This document shows, in pieces, positions 63,935 to 64,000 of a DNA stretch of 64,000 bases (the first letter of the stretch is position 1; every line of letters starts with the position of its first letter). This DNA comes from a virus. Lineage: Duplodnaviria; Caudoviricetes. The stretch lies in IMG/VR virus record IMGVR_UViG_3300020577_002532, positions 4,345-68,344 of that record; one strand, written 5' to 3'. The notes beneath the pieces were generated by a model. That model saw only the letters and a program-made list of their open reading frames with translations, was not told the DNA's origin and ran no database searches. The position numbers were made by a program, and so were the translations under genes.

Positions 63935-64000
63935 ATGAGCGATGATCTTGAACTGGCGGACGATCTGGATGAACCGCGCCCATCCCGGGTAGATGGGTAT
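63935..64000 (+). CDS. Hypothetical protein (3' truncated)
   Basis: GGAGGAG RBS; runs off the window end. Confidence 0.45.
   Translation, partial: MSDDLELADDLDEPRPSRVDGY

Noticed and set aside
1-64000. tRNA genes, integrase/repressor (prophage) and stop-codon reassignment
   Set aside because: No cloverleaf with a T-loop GTTCRA context was found in the intergenic gaps. No tyrosine or serine recombinase motif was seen. Genes are full length under the standard code.

Overview
The window is about 64 kb of a tailed dsDNA bacteriophage genome (siphovirus-like: tail tube and tape measure genes, no sheath gene). It is truncated at both ends, and essentially all genes lie on the + strand. 1-33.5 kb is a late module: terminase, DUF1073-type portal, head morphogenesis protein, DUF2213-type protease/scaffold, encapsulin-like major capsid, holin and spanin-like genes, neck and tail genes, a -1 frameshifted tail chaperone and a collagen-like fibre. 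It ends in an unusually large block of about ten glycosyltransferase/methyltransferase genes. 33.5-64 kb is an early/replication module: sigma70-type promoter, DUF932, a sigma-like factor, SNF2 helicase, primase, an initiator with internal iterons, DnaB, clamp and loader, a split UDG-exo/PolA, SSB, RecA-like protein, 5'-3' exonuclease, resolvase and a split SbcCD. Inside the replication genes sits an unexplained enzyme cluster of two radical SAM proteins, an FAD oxidoreductase, an aldo-keto reductase, a DUF2156-like transferase and a PD-(D/E)XK nuclease. This is the best candidate for an undescribed DNA-hypermodification or small-molecule pathway. All family assignments come from motif recognition by eye, not from database searches. 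No tRNA, CRISPR array, integrase, endolysin, intein or reverse transcriptase was recognised.
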